The notes under the pieces are model-generated. The model saw nothing but the letters and a program-made list of their open reading frames with translations. It was not told the origin of the DNA and did not search any database. Positions 19,512-29,376 of a stretch of DNA of 64,000 bases are shown piece after piece. Source of the stretch: Methanomassiliicoccales archaeon (GTDB taxonomy: Archaea > Thermoplasmatota > Thermoplasmata > Methanomassiliicoccales > UBA472); contig JAPKYJ010000024.1 in the NCBI GenBank assembly GCA_026394375.1, positions 35,259-99,258 of the forward strand, in the 5' to 3' direction. Numbering within the stretch: the stretch's first letter is position 1; each line of letters opens with the position of its first letter. Position numbers and translations under genes: made by a program.

Positions 19512-21389
19512 ATGGAAGGCAGTTCAAACGCTGGTGCTAAGCCTGCCCGCAGCGGAAGGACGATGATTATCGCCGCCGTTATCGTGATAATCCTCATCGC
19601 CGCCGCAGCAGCAGTGATGCTTACCCAGTCGAGTACCACCGAAAAGAAGCCCAACAACTGGTTGGACAGGGGCTTCAGCTTGGAAATCTATTACAACAGT
19701 GGCAACACTGCAAGACAGACCGGATGTCAACTGATGAAGACGAACCTAGAGAGCCTCAACCCCGGGAAGATCCACATCACGGTCACCGGCCTTGAATGGT
19801 CCCAATACCTAGCGTTGCAGAGGTCAGGCGCCATGCCGCTCTTCTTCCTAGGATGGGCGCCTGACTACGCGGACCCGAACGACTACACTGTGCCGTTCTT
19901 ACTCTCCCAGGGTACGTACCTGCGCAGCCTTGGCTACTCGAGCCCATTCCTGGACTCCATGGTGAGGCAGAGCGCGACCGAACTCAACGAGACGGTGCGT
20001 TCAAACCAGCTGCACGAGATAGCCCTGGCGGTGCAGAAGGAATGCCTGTACGTCTGGATGGCTCAGGGTGCGAACCTGTACGCGGGCAACAAGTGGATCA
20101 CCGGCTTTGAGTTCAACCCAATGTACTCCAACCTGTACTACTACCTGCTCAACAAGACCTCTAGCATACCCGCTAACCCGATCGACACCTTCACCTTTGG
20201 TACGATCGCAGGCAACCCCGACTACCTCGACCCGGCTCAGGACTACGAGACGGCGGGCGGCGAGGTACTCCAGAACGTGTTCGAGACCCTGGTGTTCTAC
20301 AACGGGTCCCACGCTTCGGAGTTCATCCCAATGCTCGCCACTGAAATACCAACGGTGGCGAATGGGGGCATCAGCGCAGACGGCCTGCACTACACGTTCC
20401 ACATCCGGGACGGCGTGAAGTTCCACGACGGCAGCGACCTCATCGCGCAGGACGTGAAGTTCAGCTTCGAAAGGGAGCTGCGCCTGAACGACGGTGCCGG
20501 GCCGGCTTGGATCCTCGGTGAAGTGATGATTCCGGACTACTACGACTACGGCTCAGCGATCTTCGACAGCAGCGGCACTATGACAGGCGGAATCAGCGAC
20601 CAGTCGATCTTCGACAACGCCATGTGGGTCATGGACGACCACACCATCATGATCAACCTGACGGTCAACGACCCGGCGTTTGTCTCCAGGCTGGCGTTCA
20701 ACTCGGCCTCTGTCCTTTCGCTGAACAACACGAAGGCGCACTCGTCGGACCTGCCCTTCTCGGAAGACGCGTTCGACTGGGTCAACACCAACCCGATCGG
20801 CACTGGTGCCTACAAGTTCTTGGAGTTCATATCGAACGATCACGTGGCCATGGACCGCTGGGACGGATACTGGCGCGCGCCTGCTAAGATCAAGAACGTT
20901 CTGGTCCTGCAGGTACCGACCGACAACGCGAGGGCCAGTGGCCTGATCGCGGGCACATTGGACGCGGCGATCATCCCAAGGGCGATCCAGGAGACACTGT
21001 ACAGCCACACTAATATAGAACTGATTAACAGTTCGACGTTCAACGTGAACTTCTTGGGTCTGAACCAGAACATCAACACAACTGGACTCAACAAGGAGCT
21101 GAACAACATCCCGGCTGACTTCTTCCGCGACCTGACCGTCAGGAAGGCGTTCGCGTATGCGTTCGACTTCGACACCTACAACGACCAGGTGATGAAGGGC
21201 ATGGCAATCCAACCGAACGGTGTGGTGCCGAAGGGCATGTTTGGCTACTTCGACGACGTCCCCGCGTACGAGTTCGACCTCGTGAAAGCGGCGGCGATGT
21301 TGAAGGGCACGAAGATTCCGACAGATAGTCAGTTCGAGATCTCGATTCTCGCTGAGCTTATCGCCAGGGACCAAACGCTATCAATTTGA
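19512..21389 (+). CDS. ABC transporter substrate-binding protein, family 5 (peptide/nickel), circularly permuted
   Basis: ATG 19512 is preceded by GGAGG. The protein has an N-terminal TM anchor. The DppA C-lobe-like segment (GFSLEIYY...FLGWAPDYADPNDY...) comes first, and the DppA N-terminal-like segment (TFTFGTIAGNPDYLDPAQDY...YTFHIRDGVKFHDG...) comes second. Confidence 0.8.
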   Translation: MEGSSNAGAKPARSGRTMIIAAVIVIILIAAAAAVMLTQSSTTEKKPNNWLDRGFSLEIYYNSGNTARQTGCQLMKTNLESLNPGKIHITVTGLEWSQYLALQRSGAMPLFFLGWAPDYADPNDYTVPFLLSQGTYLRSLGYSSPFLDSMVRQSATELNETVRSNQLHEIALAVQKECLYVWMAQGANLYAGNKWITGFEFNPMYSNLYYYLLNKTSSIPANPIDTFTFGTIAGNPDYLDPAQDYETAGGEVLQNVFETLVFYNGSHASEFIPMLATEIPTVANGGISADGLHYTFHIRDGVKFHDGSDLIAQDVKFSFERELRLNDGAGPAWILGEVMIPDYYDYGSAIFDSSGTMTGGISDQSIFDNAMWVMDDHTIMINLTVNDPAFVSRLAFNSASVLSLNNTKAHSSDLPFSEDAFDWVNTNPIGTGAYKFLEFISNDHVAMDRWDGYWRAPAKIKNVLVLQVPTDNARASGLIAGTLDAAIIPRAIQETLYSHTNIELINSSTFNVNFLGLNQNINTTGLNKELNNIPADFFRDLTVRKAFAYAFDFDTYNDQVMKGMAIQPNGVVPKGMFGYFDDVPAYEFDLVKAAAMLKGTKIPTDSQFEISILAELIARDQTLSI

Positions 21390-21421
21390 GAGGGCTTCTG
21401 GCCCTCATATCTCATTTTTTT
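21389..21421 (+). terminator. hairpin plus T8 tract after the SBP gene
   Basis: GAGGGC (21389-21394) pairs with GCCCTC (21400-21405). A T8 run follows at 21414-21421. Confidence 0.4.
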
Positions 21422-21877
21422 CTTGCCTCTCGCTTGCTCAACCCATCCGTCCGGGTTCCGCCGATTCCAACCGATGCGAAAGCCTAATTCTAGCCGATTA
21501 TTCCGTTCCTTTAGCGTTCCTCGGATCACAGACCATTTCCGGCGGACTGGCACTGACCACTGAAAGCGGACTACGCCGTGCATTCAGTGGCCGCTCGACG
21601 CCTGCGTGGAAAGGCGAGGCAAAGCCCGAGCCACTGTGATGTCGGTTTCGGCTTCGAGAGCCCGGCTCAACGTATGCAGGGCGGAGCCGCTCGCGGCAAC
21701 GATTCTTCCGTGTGGCGCGCCCGCTGAACGCACATTGTTTAAATAGCGGCGCCGTGTTCAGAAACAGTAAGTCAGGCAGGGTTTGGCTATGGTTTATCTA
21801 GCGGCATCGCGTTCAAGAAATTGCCCTGCATTATCGAAGCGCGATAGGAGTGGGCTCTTCGGAAGGGGGATCTGTAA

Positions 21878-22900
21878 ATGAGGATGTACCAGTTTGTGAT
21901 CAGAAGGCTTTTCCTACTCATTCCGGTGCTGATTGGTGTTTCGATCATCGTTTTCGCGTTGACAAGATTCACTGGCGATCCCGGCGCCGCCTACATCAAC
22001 CCGAAGATGTCAGAGAGCCAGATACAACAGGTCTACGCGAAATACCACTTCGACCAGTCGGCGATAAACCAATATTTTTACTGGCTCAATGGCCTGTTCC
22101 AGGGTGACTGGGGATGGTCCACTTCTGCGGATGAGCCGGTCACCAAGGCGATCGGGGAGAAATTTGCGGCAACATTTGAACTCGCGGCGGTGAGCATGGT
22201 CATCGCGATCGTCGTCGGGATCGCGCTGGGCACCACCGCGGCCGTCAAGAGGAACAAGCCGTTCGATCACGTGACGAGGGTGGTTTCCCTTATCGGCGTT
22301 TCGCTCCCGATATTCGTTCTCGGACTCCTCCTGCTTTACGTGTTCAGTTTCAACCTCGGATGGTTCCCGGACGGCGGAAGGGTCAGCAACACATACATAT
22401 TCGAGGCCGGAGGGGTACCTCGCATGACCGGTTTCGTGCTGATAGACTCGCTCCTGGTCGGCAATTACGGGCTGTTCTCGAACGCGGTATGGCACATGGT
22501 CCTGCCGGCGATAGCGCTGGCATTCGCGTCAATCGCGATCATTACAAGAATGATGAGGAACAGCATGCTCGAGGTGCTTGGCCTGGATTTCGTGAGGACG
22601 GCTAGGGCGAAGGGCGTGCCGGAGTCGGCCGTGATCCGGCGGCATGCCAGGAAGAACGCGCTCATTCCCACTACGACCGTGATCGGGTTGGTGTTCGGAG
22701 GAATGCTAGGGGGAGCGGTCCTCACCGAGAGCATTTTCAGATGGAACGGATTGGGCAGGTGGTCGGCTCAGGCTGTCATGGGGCAGGACATCGCTTCCAT
22801 CATGGGATTCGTGCTGCTCACGGCCATCATCTACGTGATCGTCAACCTAATTGTAGACGTCCTTTACGCGTACCTGGACCCGAGGGTCCGATTGGAGTAA
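21878..22900 (+). CDS. ABC transporter permease (OppB/DppB type)
   Basis: 340 aa. N-terminus MYQFVIRRLFLLIPVLIGVSIIVFAL and an EAA-like loop (ARAKGVPESAVIRRHARKNA). Confidence 0.9.
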   Translation: MRMYQFVIRRLFLLIPVLIGVSIIVFALTRFTGDPGAAYINPKMSESQIQQVYAKYHFDQSAINQYFYWLNGLFQGDWGWSTSADEPVTKAIGEKFAATFELAAVSMVIAIVVGIALGTTAAVKRNKPFDHVTRVVSLIGVSLPIFVLGLLLLYVFSFNLGWFPDGGRVSNTYIFEAGGVPRMTGFVLIDSLLVGNYGLFSNAVWHMVLPAIALAFASIAIITRMMRNSMLEVLGLDFVRTARAKGVPESAVIRRHARKNALIPTTTVIGLVFGGMLGGAVLTESIFRWNGLGRWSAQAVMGQDIASIMGFVLLTAIIYVIVNLIVDVLYAYLDPRVRLE

Positions 22901-22905
22901 TCTAG

Positions 22906-23871
22906 ATGGCGGGAGTACCTATACAGAGCCAGAAGAGCTTCGCCGACTCGCTGATGGCGGAGCTGAGGCCCAGGTTGAGGGAGGCGCGCAAGTCCTGGGA
23001 CCTGATCCGGACCAACTATACCGCAATGGCCGGTCTCTTCATGGTCGTGTTCATGGTCGCCGTGGCCCTGCTCGCCCCCGTTTTGGCGCCGCCCACGCCC
23101 TTCACCGACCCGCTCGAGATCCCCCGCGACTGGAGGTTTGCCAACCCCATCCCCCCCGGAGCTGAGGGGCACGTATTCGGGACCGGCACCAACGGCCTCG
23201 ACATGTTCTACGGCGTCATCTGGGGGGCGCGTACTACTCTAGTAGCATCGCTGTTCGTGGTGCTCACGTCGGCGATCATCGGGTTGGCGATTGGGGCCGT
23301 CGCAGGCTTCTACGGCGGCTGGATCGACGAGGCCTTGATGAGAATAACCGATGTCTTCCTTTCCCTACCAGCGCTGATCCTTGCCATGGCCATCACTTCG
23401 GTGCTTACCCGGAGCCTCAACAATATCATGCTCGCCCTCATCATCGTCTGGTGGCCCGGCTACGCGAGGCTGATGCGGGGGCAAGTGCTCATCATACGAG
23501 AGAGCATCTACGTGGAGGCGGCGCGCTCCATCGGAGCGCGGACGAGCCGCATCCTGTTCCGACACATTGTCCCTAACTCCCTCTCGCCCTTGGTGGTCAA
23601 CGTGACCCTAGACTTGGGAGCGGTGGCCCTGACCATGGCCGGGTTGTCCTTCATCGGGTTCGGCGTGCCCTCGGGCTTCGCGGAATGGGGCCGCATGGTT
23701 TCGGACGGCCAACTGTGGATGCCTCCGATTATGGTAATTTACAATGGCGCCGAGTACAACGCCTGGTGGACCTGGGCGATACCCGGGCTGTTCATATTGA
23801 TATTCACGATGGGCTTCTCCCTGCTTGGGGATGGCCTGAGGGACATTCTCGACCCAAGGACCAGAAGGTGA
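22906..23871 (+). CDS. ABC transporter permease (OppC/DppC type)
   Basis: 321 aa, multi-TM. Contains the EAARSIGARTSRILFRHIVPN loop. Confidence 0.9.
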   Translation: MAGVPIQSQKSFADSLMAELRPRLREARKSWDLIRTNYTAMAGLFMVVFMVAVALLAPVLAPPTPFTDPLEIPRDWRFANPIPPGAEGHVFGTGTNGLDMFYGVIWGARTTLVASLFVVLTSAIIGLAIGAVAGFYGGWIDEALMRITDVFLSLPALILAMAITSVLTRSLNNIMLALIIVWWPGYARLMRGQVLIIRESIYVEAARSIGARTSRILFRHIVPNSLSPLVVNVTLDLGAVALTMAGLSFIGFGVPSGFAEWGRMVSDGQLWMPPIMVIYNGAEYNAWWTWAIPGLFILIFTMGFSLLGDGLRDILDPRTRR

Positions 23872-23878
23872 TGCACTG

Positions 23879-25390
23879 ATGAACGAAGAGAAGATACTGG
23901 AGATCCGGGACCTTTACGTGAATTTCTACACCAAATCGGGTGTCGTCAAGGCTCTGGACGGAATCAGTTTCAGCATCGCCAAAGGGGAGACGTTCGGCCT
24001 GGTGGGCGAGAGCGGGTGCGGCAAGACCGTCACCGCCAACTGCGTGCTCCGCCTCATCGCCGAGCCGCCAGGTAAAATGGAGAGCGGCAGCATCATCTTC
24101 TCTCCGGACCTAAAGGGGATCGAGACCAGGATCGCCACCCTGGAGGTGGAGAAGATCGAGGACGACCACGAGCTGAGCTACCTTCGCAAGCGGGTGGAGG
24201 TGCTCAGGGAACAGAGGGCGAAGGAGGACAGCGTCAAGGCCAAGATCGCCGACCTGGAGAAGGCGGGAGGCTCGGCCGAAGATCTGGCGAAAGCAAAGGA
24301 GGAGCTCCTGGCCCTGGAGTCCGAGAACGACATCCTGAAATTCGACCGCGCCCACCTTCAGAAGCTACGGGGGAAGTCGATCTCCATGATATTCCAGGAG
24401 CCAATGAGCGCTCTCAACCCGGTCTTCACCGCCGCTGACCAGATATCCGAGGTGCTGCTACTGCACGAACGTTCAGACCTCGCCAAGGCGGTCATCAGGG
24501 AGATGGATCGGCGGGTGAAGGAGATCGATTCCTATCATCATAGGGTGAGCCGGGAGAAGACGGTGAAGGGGGAATTCAAGTGCAGCAACTGCGGCGCCCT
24601 CATGGCCGAGGAGGTCGATTGCTGCCCACAGTGCGCCGGCAGCTTTAGCAGCCAGCCGTTGCGGGCCCTTGAGAAGTGGCGTCTGAAGTTCAACCGCCGG
24701 TACTATGTGCTGATGGCGAAGAACCCCGATTCCCGCCGGCTCCGGTACGCGGCCAAAATACCGATCTTGCGTCGCTACATGCACTTCGCCAAGGAGGAGG
24801 CGGGCGCCCGGGCCGAGCGCATGCTCCGGCTGGTGCGCATCCCCGATCCGAGGAACGTGATGAAGTCCTATCCTCACGAGCTGTCGGGAGGGATGCAGCA
24901 GAGGGTCATGATCGCAATGGCCCTAGCCTGTCGCCCGAAACTGCTGATCGCGGACGAGCCCACCACCGCGCTGGACGTCACCGTCCAAGCGCAGATACTC
25001 AAGCTCATGCGGGACCTCCAGTTGGAGACCGGCACCTCGATCATGCTCATCACTCACAACTTGGGGGTGGTGGCGGAGACCTGCGACCGGGTCGGCGTGA
25101 TGTACGCGGGCACCATGGCCGAGATCGCCTCCACTATGGACATCTTCAAGGATCCCTTGCACCCCTACACTCAGGGCCTGATGCATCTCATTCCCAAAAT
25201 CAACGTCGATATCGAGCGGCTGGAGACCATCGAGGGCGTGGTGCCTAATCTAATGGAGCCCCCTCCAGGATGCCGCTTCCATCCCCGCTGTTCATACGCG
25301 ATGGAGGCGTGCAAGCGCATCAAGCCGATAATGCGCGAGGTCCGACCCGGCCACTTCGCCGCCTGTCATCTGTTCGAGGGGGCGAAATGA
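23879..25390 (+). CDS. ABC transporter ATP-binding protein (OppD/DppD type) with two large insertions
   Basis: 503 aa. Walker A GESGCGKT, signature LSGGMQQR, Walker [13 protein letters not shown], and a C-terminal oligopeptide-type tail (CRFHPRC). It also has a coiled-coil insert of about 70 aa and a further insert of about 100 aa that contains CSNCG..CCPQC. Confidence 0.9.
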   Translation: MNEEKILEIRDLYVNFYTKSGVVKALDGISFSIAKGETFGLVGESGCGKTVTANCVLRLIAEPPGKMESGSIIFSPDLKGIETRIATLEVEKIEDDHELSYLRKRVEVLREQRAKEDSVKAKIADLEKAGGSAEDLAKAKEELLALESENDILKFDRAHLQKLRGKSISMIFQEPMSALNPVFTAADQISEVLLLHERSDLAKAVIREMDRRVKEIDSYHHRVSREKTVKGEFKCSNCGALMAEEVDCCPQCAGSFSSQPLRALEKWRLKFNRRYYVLMAKNPDSRRLRYAAKIPILRRYMHFAKEEAGARAERMLRLVRIPDPRNVMKSYPHELSGGMQQRVMIAMALACRPKLLIADEPTTALDVTVQAQILKLMRDLQLETGTSIMLITHNLGVVAETCDRVGVMYAGTMAEIASTMDIFKDPLHPYTQGLMHLIPKINVDIERLETIEGVVPNLMEPPPGCRFHPRCSYAMEACKRIKPIMREVRPGHFAACHLFEGAK

Positions 25391-26487
25391 TGGAGCAGCA
25401 GCAGGTGCTGATCGAGGCCAGGCAGCTGAAGAAGCATTTCCCCATCCGCTCCGGGCTGATCCGTAGGAGCGTGGGGGCGGTACGTGCCATCGACGGCATC
25501 GATATCGCGCTCCACAAGGGCGAGACCTTGGGGCTGGTCGGAGAGTCCGGTTGCGGCAAGACCACCACCGGCCGCTGCCTCCTACAGCTCACCCCGCCCA
25601 CGGACGGGAACGTCTACTACAAGATGCCGGTCGAGGTCCGGCAGGAGATGCTCAAGCTCGAGGCGGAGGAGGTAGAACTGGTAAGCAAGAATCCCACCGA
25701 GAAGAAGAAGCTCCGCCCCACCATCGACCGGCTGGAGCAGATCCGAGACCAGTACGCTCTGAACCGCAAGAAGGGCGAGGCCATGCGCGCCATTCGCCGG
25801 GAGATGCAGGTGGTGTTCCAGGACCCCTATTCCTCCCTGAACCCCAGGATGCTCATCAAGGATGTCATCGCCGAACCCCTCCTGGTGCACGGCGTGGCGC
25901 GGCGCGGCGAAACGCTGGCGCGGGTGGATGCCCTCCTGAAAAGGGTCGGCCTCGACTCCGACCATCTGTACCGCTATCCACACGAGTTCAGCGGCGGGCA
26001 GAGACAGAGGATCGGGGTGGCCCGGGCCCTGGCGCTCAACCCGGGCGTGGTGGTGCTGGACGAGCCCACCTCGGCGCTGGACGTGTCGGTGCAGGCTCAG
26101 ATACTGAACATGCTCAACGATCTGCAATCAGAGTTCAACCTGACCTATCTATTCATATCGCACGACCTGAGCACCATCCGCTACATGTGCGACCGCATCG
26201 GGGTCATGTACCTTGGCAAGGTCGTGGAGATGGCGAGCAAGCAGGACCTGTTCTCCAAGCCGCTGCATCCCTACACGGAGGCGCTGCTTTCCGCGATCCC
26301 GATCCCCGACCCGACGATGAAGCGGCACCCGATTCTGCTCAGTGGGGATGTGCCATCGCCGGCGAAGCCGCCCCCGGGATGCCGGTTCCACACCCGGTGC
26401 CGCTACCGGGAAGCGATATGCGAGAAAGTCGAACCGCCGCTGGTCGACAAGGGCAACGGCCATATGGCCGCTTGCCACTTCCGCTGA
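25387..26487 (+). CDS. ABC transporter ATP-binding protein (OppF/DppF type)
   Basis: An ATG at 25387 overlaps the oppD-like stop (ATGA). Walker [10 protein letters not shown], signature FSGGQRQR, Walker B VVLDEPTSALD, and a CRFHTRC tail. Confidence 0.9.
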   Translation: MMEQQQVLIEARQLKKHFPIRSGLIRRSVGAVRAIDGIDIALHKGETLGLVGESGCGKTTTGRCLLQLTPPTDGNVYYKMPVEVRQEMLKLEAEEVELVSKNPTEKKKLRPTIDRLEQIRDQYALNRKKGEAMRAIRREMQVVFQDPYSSLNPRMLIKDVIAEPLLVHGVARRGETLARVDALLKRVGLDSDHLYRYPHEFSGGQRQRIGVARALALNPGVVVLDEPTSALDVSVQAQILNMLNDLQSEFNLTYLFISHDLSTIRYMCDRIGVMYLGKVVEMASKQDLFSKPLHPYTEALLSAIPIPDPTMKRHPILLSGDVPSPAKPPPGCRFHTRCRYREAICEKVEPPLVDKGNGHMAACHFR

Positions 26488-26491
26488 TGGC

Positions 26492-26776
26492 ATGGCCATA
26501 AAGAGAAAGGTCGTGGAGCCGCCGACGGGGACAACCGTCCAGCCTCAGGAACAGGGCGCCCCGCCGCCTCCTCGCAGATCGGAGTGGGTCCGGGAGGAGC
26601 TAGCACGGCGGTACTACTACCTCCTGTGCCTAGCCATAGACGTCTTCGTTCCGCTGCAGATCCTGCAGTGGGTGCCCGGGCTGGCTGGGTTCATTGTGGT
26701 GCTCGTCTTCCTAACAATCGCCATCCTGGCGGAGTTCTACGTGCACCGGCGGTTGTGGCCGCGAGAGATGGAGTAG
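26492..26776 (+). CDS. small membrane protein, last gene of the ABC operon
   Basis: ATG 26492 gives MAIKRKVVEPP..., a Pro-rich stretch followed by two hydrophobic helices. The start lies 5 nt after the oppF-like stop. Confidence 0.5.
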   Translation: MAIKRKVVEPPTGTTVQPQEQGAPPPPRRSEWVREELARRYYYLLCLAIDVFVPLQILQWVPGLAGFIVVLVFLTIAILAEFYVHRRLWPREME

Positions 26777-26879
26777 AGCGGGGAACGATGCTTGGGCCAG
26801 GTCCGCCCAGCGCCGACCTGGCATCAGACTACGGCAAAATACTATTTACCTAAGACGACGATTCGGGCCGGGGAACTAG

Positions 26880-27272
26880 GTGACCGTCGTCAGCATGGAG
26901 GATGTCGTTCTAGCGCTCCATAACACCCTGGGAAAGAAGGGCATGTCGGAGGAGGACATTCAGAAGCTCGCTGAATACCTGATGAGCTTCTTTGGGTACA
27001 CAGACGAGGTCATTGACAACCGACTCACCTCCGAGGACCGGGACGTCTTCTACATGCTCGAGGAGGAGGGGTTCCTCACCACCACTCAAGAGGAAGTGCA
27101 TCTGAAGAAGGGGAAGCTTTGGCGCATCCACTACTGGATCTTGAAGAAGGACCAGATCCTGCGCTTGGTTCAGCGACACGAAGAGGAGCGGCAGAAGAAG
27201 GACGAGTGCTCCGCCGTCTACGATGAAATCTCCGAGGACATGTGGAAGGGTGGTAGGGAAGAGGCGCGATAG
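26880..27272 (+). CDS. hypothetical cytoplasmic protein
   Basis: 130 aa with an acidic, coding-like composition. I recognise no family. An alternative start is ATG 26895. Confidence 0.5.
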   Translation: MTVVSMEDVVLALHNTLGKKGMSEEDIQKLAEYLMSFFGYTDEVIDNRLTSEDRDVFYMLEEEGFLTTTQEEVHLKKGKLWRIHYWILKKDQILRLVQRHEEERQKKDECSAVYDEISEDMWKGGREEAR

Positions 27273-27328
27273 TCCACATCAAGAATCCTTTAATAGTGTT
27301 CTCACATTAGAGCGGTCCAGAAGTTGAT

Positions 27329-28939
27329 ATGGCAGACCTCACGCCGTACATCATATTGGTCGCCATCCTCGCGGTATGGATCGGCATCGTTTACTACGTG
27401 AAGAAGAAGGGGGCGCTCTCCAAGTATGGAGTTGGAACGTACGGCCCCCTGATCATGTGGAAGACGCAGGCGGGCAAGAGATTAATTGATCGCCTGGCCA
27501 AGCCCAAGCGCCTCTGGCTGACGTACGCTGCGGCGGCCAAGGTCATCTGCCTGCTGGTAGGCATCTTCATCATGGCCCTCCTCGTATGGGAGGCGACCAT
27601 CGTCAACCGCATCCCGGCGGACCGGGCCCCGACGCCGGAGATGATGCTGGGGATCCCGGGCATCAACCCTGTCATCCCAGTGGTCTACGGCATCATCGGC
27701 CTGATCGTAGGCATCGTGGTGCATGAGTTCGCTCATGGCATACTGACCAGGGTGGGAAATCTCTCGCTAAAATCGCTGGGTGTGATCTTATTGGTCGTGC
27801 CCCTGGGGGCTTTCGTCGAGCCGGACGAGAAGGAGCTCACCAACTCCGATCGCAAACGGAGGTCCAACGTCTACGCCGCCGGTCCTGCGACCAATATAAT
27901 CGTGGCGATATTATGCGCCCTCCTCTTCTCCTCCGTTCTCATGTCCTCGGTCACGGCGGTAAGGGAGAACCCCGTCGTGGTGGGCATCGGAGATGACAGC
28001 CCAGCGAGAATTGGAGGCATGCAGTTCGGCATGCAACTGGAGGAGGTCGGAGGGAAAAGCATCCGCACCTTGGAGGATTTCCAGAGTTTGGCCGCCGACG
28101 ATCCAGGGACTTCCGTTTCCATCACCTACTATTACAACGGTCAGAACCATACCACCACGTCCATTTCCGGGCTGACCCTCATCGACGTCGTGCATGGAAT
28201 GTCCGCCGACAAGGCGGGCATGAAGGCGGGCATGACATTCGTGTCCCTGAACGGCACGGTCATCCGCAACCAGACCAGCCTGGAGACCGTCCTTTCGCAA
28301 ACGAAGCCCTATCAAGTGGTCAACGCCAACATGCTCGAGTACGACTATTCCGCGAGCATGTACAAAAGTGTGAACCTGACCGTGACGCTCTCCAACCGCA
28401 CCGAGTATCTATTGAGAGTGTCTCCCGATCTGGTGAACGCTTCAACGAAGGACCGCGGCTTCCTGGGCGTGAACACCGCCTACATGGGCCTGATCGTGAA
28501 CTCGCCCGACCGGATCATCAACCGCCTCATGAATCCGTATGCAAACGTGAAAGACCCGGGCCAATTCATTTCTGCCACTCTGTTATTCATCGCCTTGCCC
28601 TTCCAAGGATTGGCACCGATCGAATCGCCCCTCTCGGACCTCTTCCTGCCAACCGGGGCCATGGCCGCCCTTCCCTCGGGAGTGTTCTGGTTCATAGCCA
28701 ACTCCTTGTACTGGATATTCTGGATCAATCTGATGTTGGGCATGACCAACGTGCTGCCGGCGGTGCCTTTGGACGGAGGCTACCTGTTCCGGGACGGAAT
28801 GGAATCGCTCATCTCCCGCCTGAAGAAGAACGCCACGGAGAAGGACAGACAGCGCATCGTCGCCACCGTGACCTACGTACTGGCGATAACGGTCTTCTTC
28901 CTAATTATTTGGCAGCTGATAGGCCCGCGCCTTCTATGA
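27329..28939 (+). CDS. site-2 protease family (M50) membrane metalloprotease with PDZ-like insert
   Basis: 536 aa. HExxH motif in a TM helix (VVHEFAHGILTR), a second conserved block near the C-terminus (NVLPAVPLDGG), and a central soluble domain. Confidence 0.85.
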   Translation: MADLTPYIILVAILAVWIGIVYYVKKKGALSKYGVGTYGPLIMWKTQAGKRLIDRLAKPKRLWLTYAAAAKVICLLVGIFIMALLVWEATIVNRIPADRAPTPEMMLGIPGINPVIPVVYGIIGLIVGIVVHEFAHGILTRVGNLSLKSLGVILLVVPLGAFVEPDEKELTNSDRKRRSNVYAAGPATNIIVAILCALLFSSVLMSSVTAVRENPVVVGIGDDSPARIGGMQFGMQLEEVGGKSIRTLEDFQSLAADDPGTSVSITYYYNGQNHTTTSISGLTLIDVVHGMSADKAGMKAGMTFVSLNGTVIRNQTSLETVLSQTKPYQVVNANMLEYDYSASMYKSVNLTVTLSNRTEYLLRVSPDLVNASTKDRGFLGVNTAYMGLIVNSPDRIINRLMNPYANVKDPGQFISATLLFIALPFQGLAPIESPLSDLFLPTGAMAALPSGVFWFIANSLYWIFWINLMLGMTNVLPAVPLDGGYLFRDGMESLISRLKKNATEKDRQRIVATVTYVLAITVFFLIIWQLIGPRLL

Positions 28940-28958
28940 TCTGCTGGAAGAGGAATGC

Positions 28959-29219
28959 TTAGGAGCGCTCCAGTTCTATTCGCTCTAAATTGCATTCCGG
29001 GCATATCTCGTAGTCCAAGGCAGCGAAGTTGGAGAAGACCTCAAACACCTGGCCGCAGCATGAGCATTTCTTGAACGCGAGAAAGGGAGCGACATGCTCA
29101 GAGCACTCGATGACGCGGCAGCGTCGGAGGTCGACGCAGGACACGACTTGGCAATTGTCGCATAAGCTCCTTCGCTTGATGTTCACAACGACGTGCTTGC
29201 CTACCTGAACTCTCGTCAA
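28959..29219 (-). CDS. Cys-rich small protein (10 Cys) downstream of nrdD
   Basis: 86 aa from a TTG start. Contains CDNCQVVSC...C..IEC...CSCCG...CPEC. An ATAAATATT box sits directly upstream, so the true start may be the internal GTG near 29186. Confidence 0.45.
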   Translation of the reverse strand: MTRVQVGKHVVVNIKRRSLCDNCQVVSCVDLRRCRVIECSEHVAPFLAFKKCSCCGQVFEVFSNFAALDYEICPECNLERIELERS

Positions 29220-29376
29220 ATATTTATCGCTCCGCCTATGTTAGTGTTTGTCACACTTTTTTCCTCGTATTTGAACATTGTCAAGACTGGTTCGAACGGA
29301 GTCTGGGTCAGAGAGAAGCGACAAGATAGAATCAAGAGATGAAGGGGTTTGGACGGGCGCTTTTCGAGAACGACCA

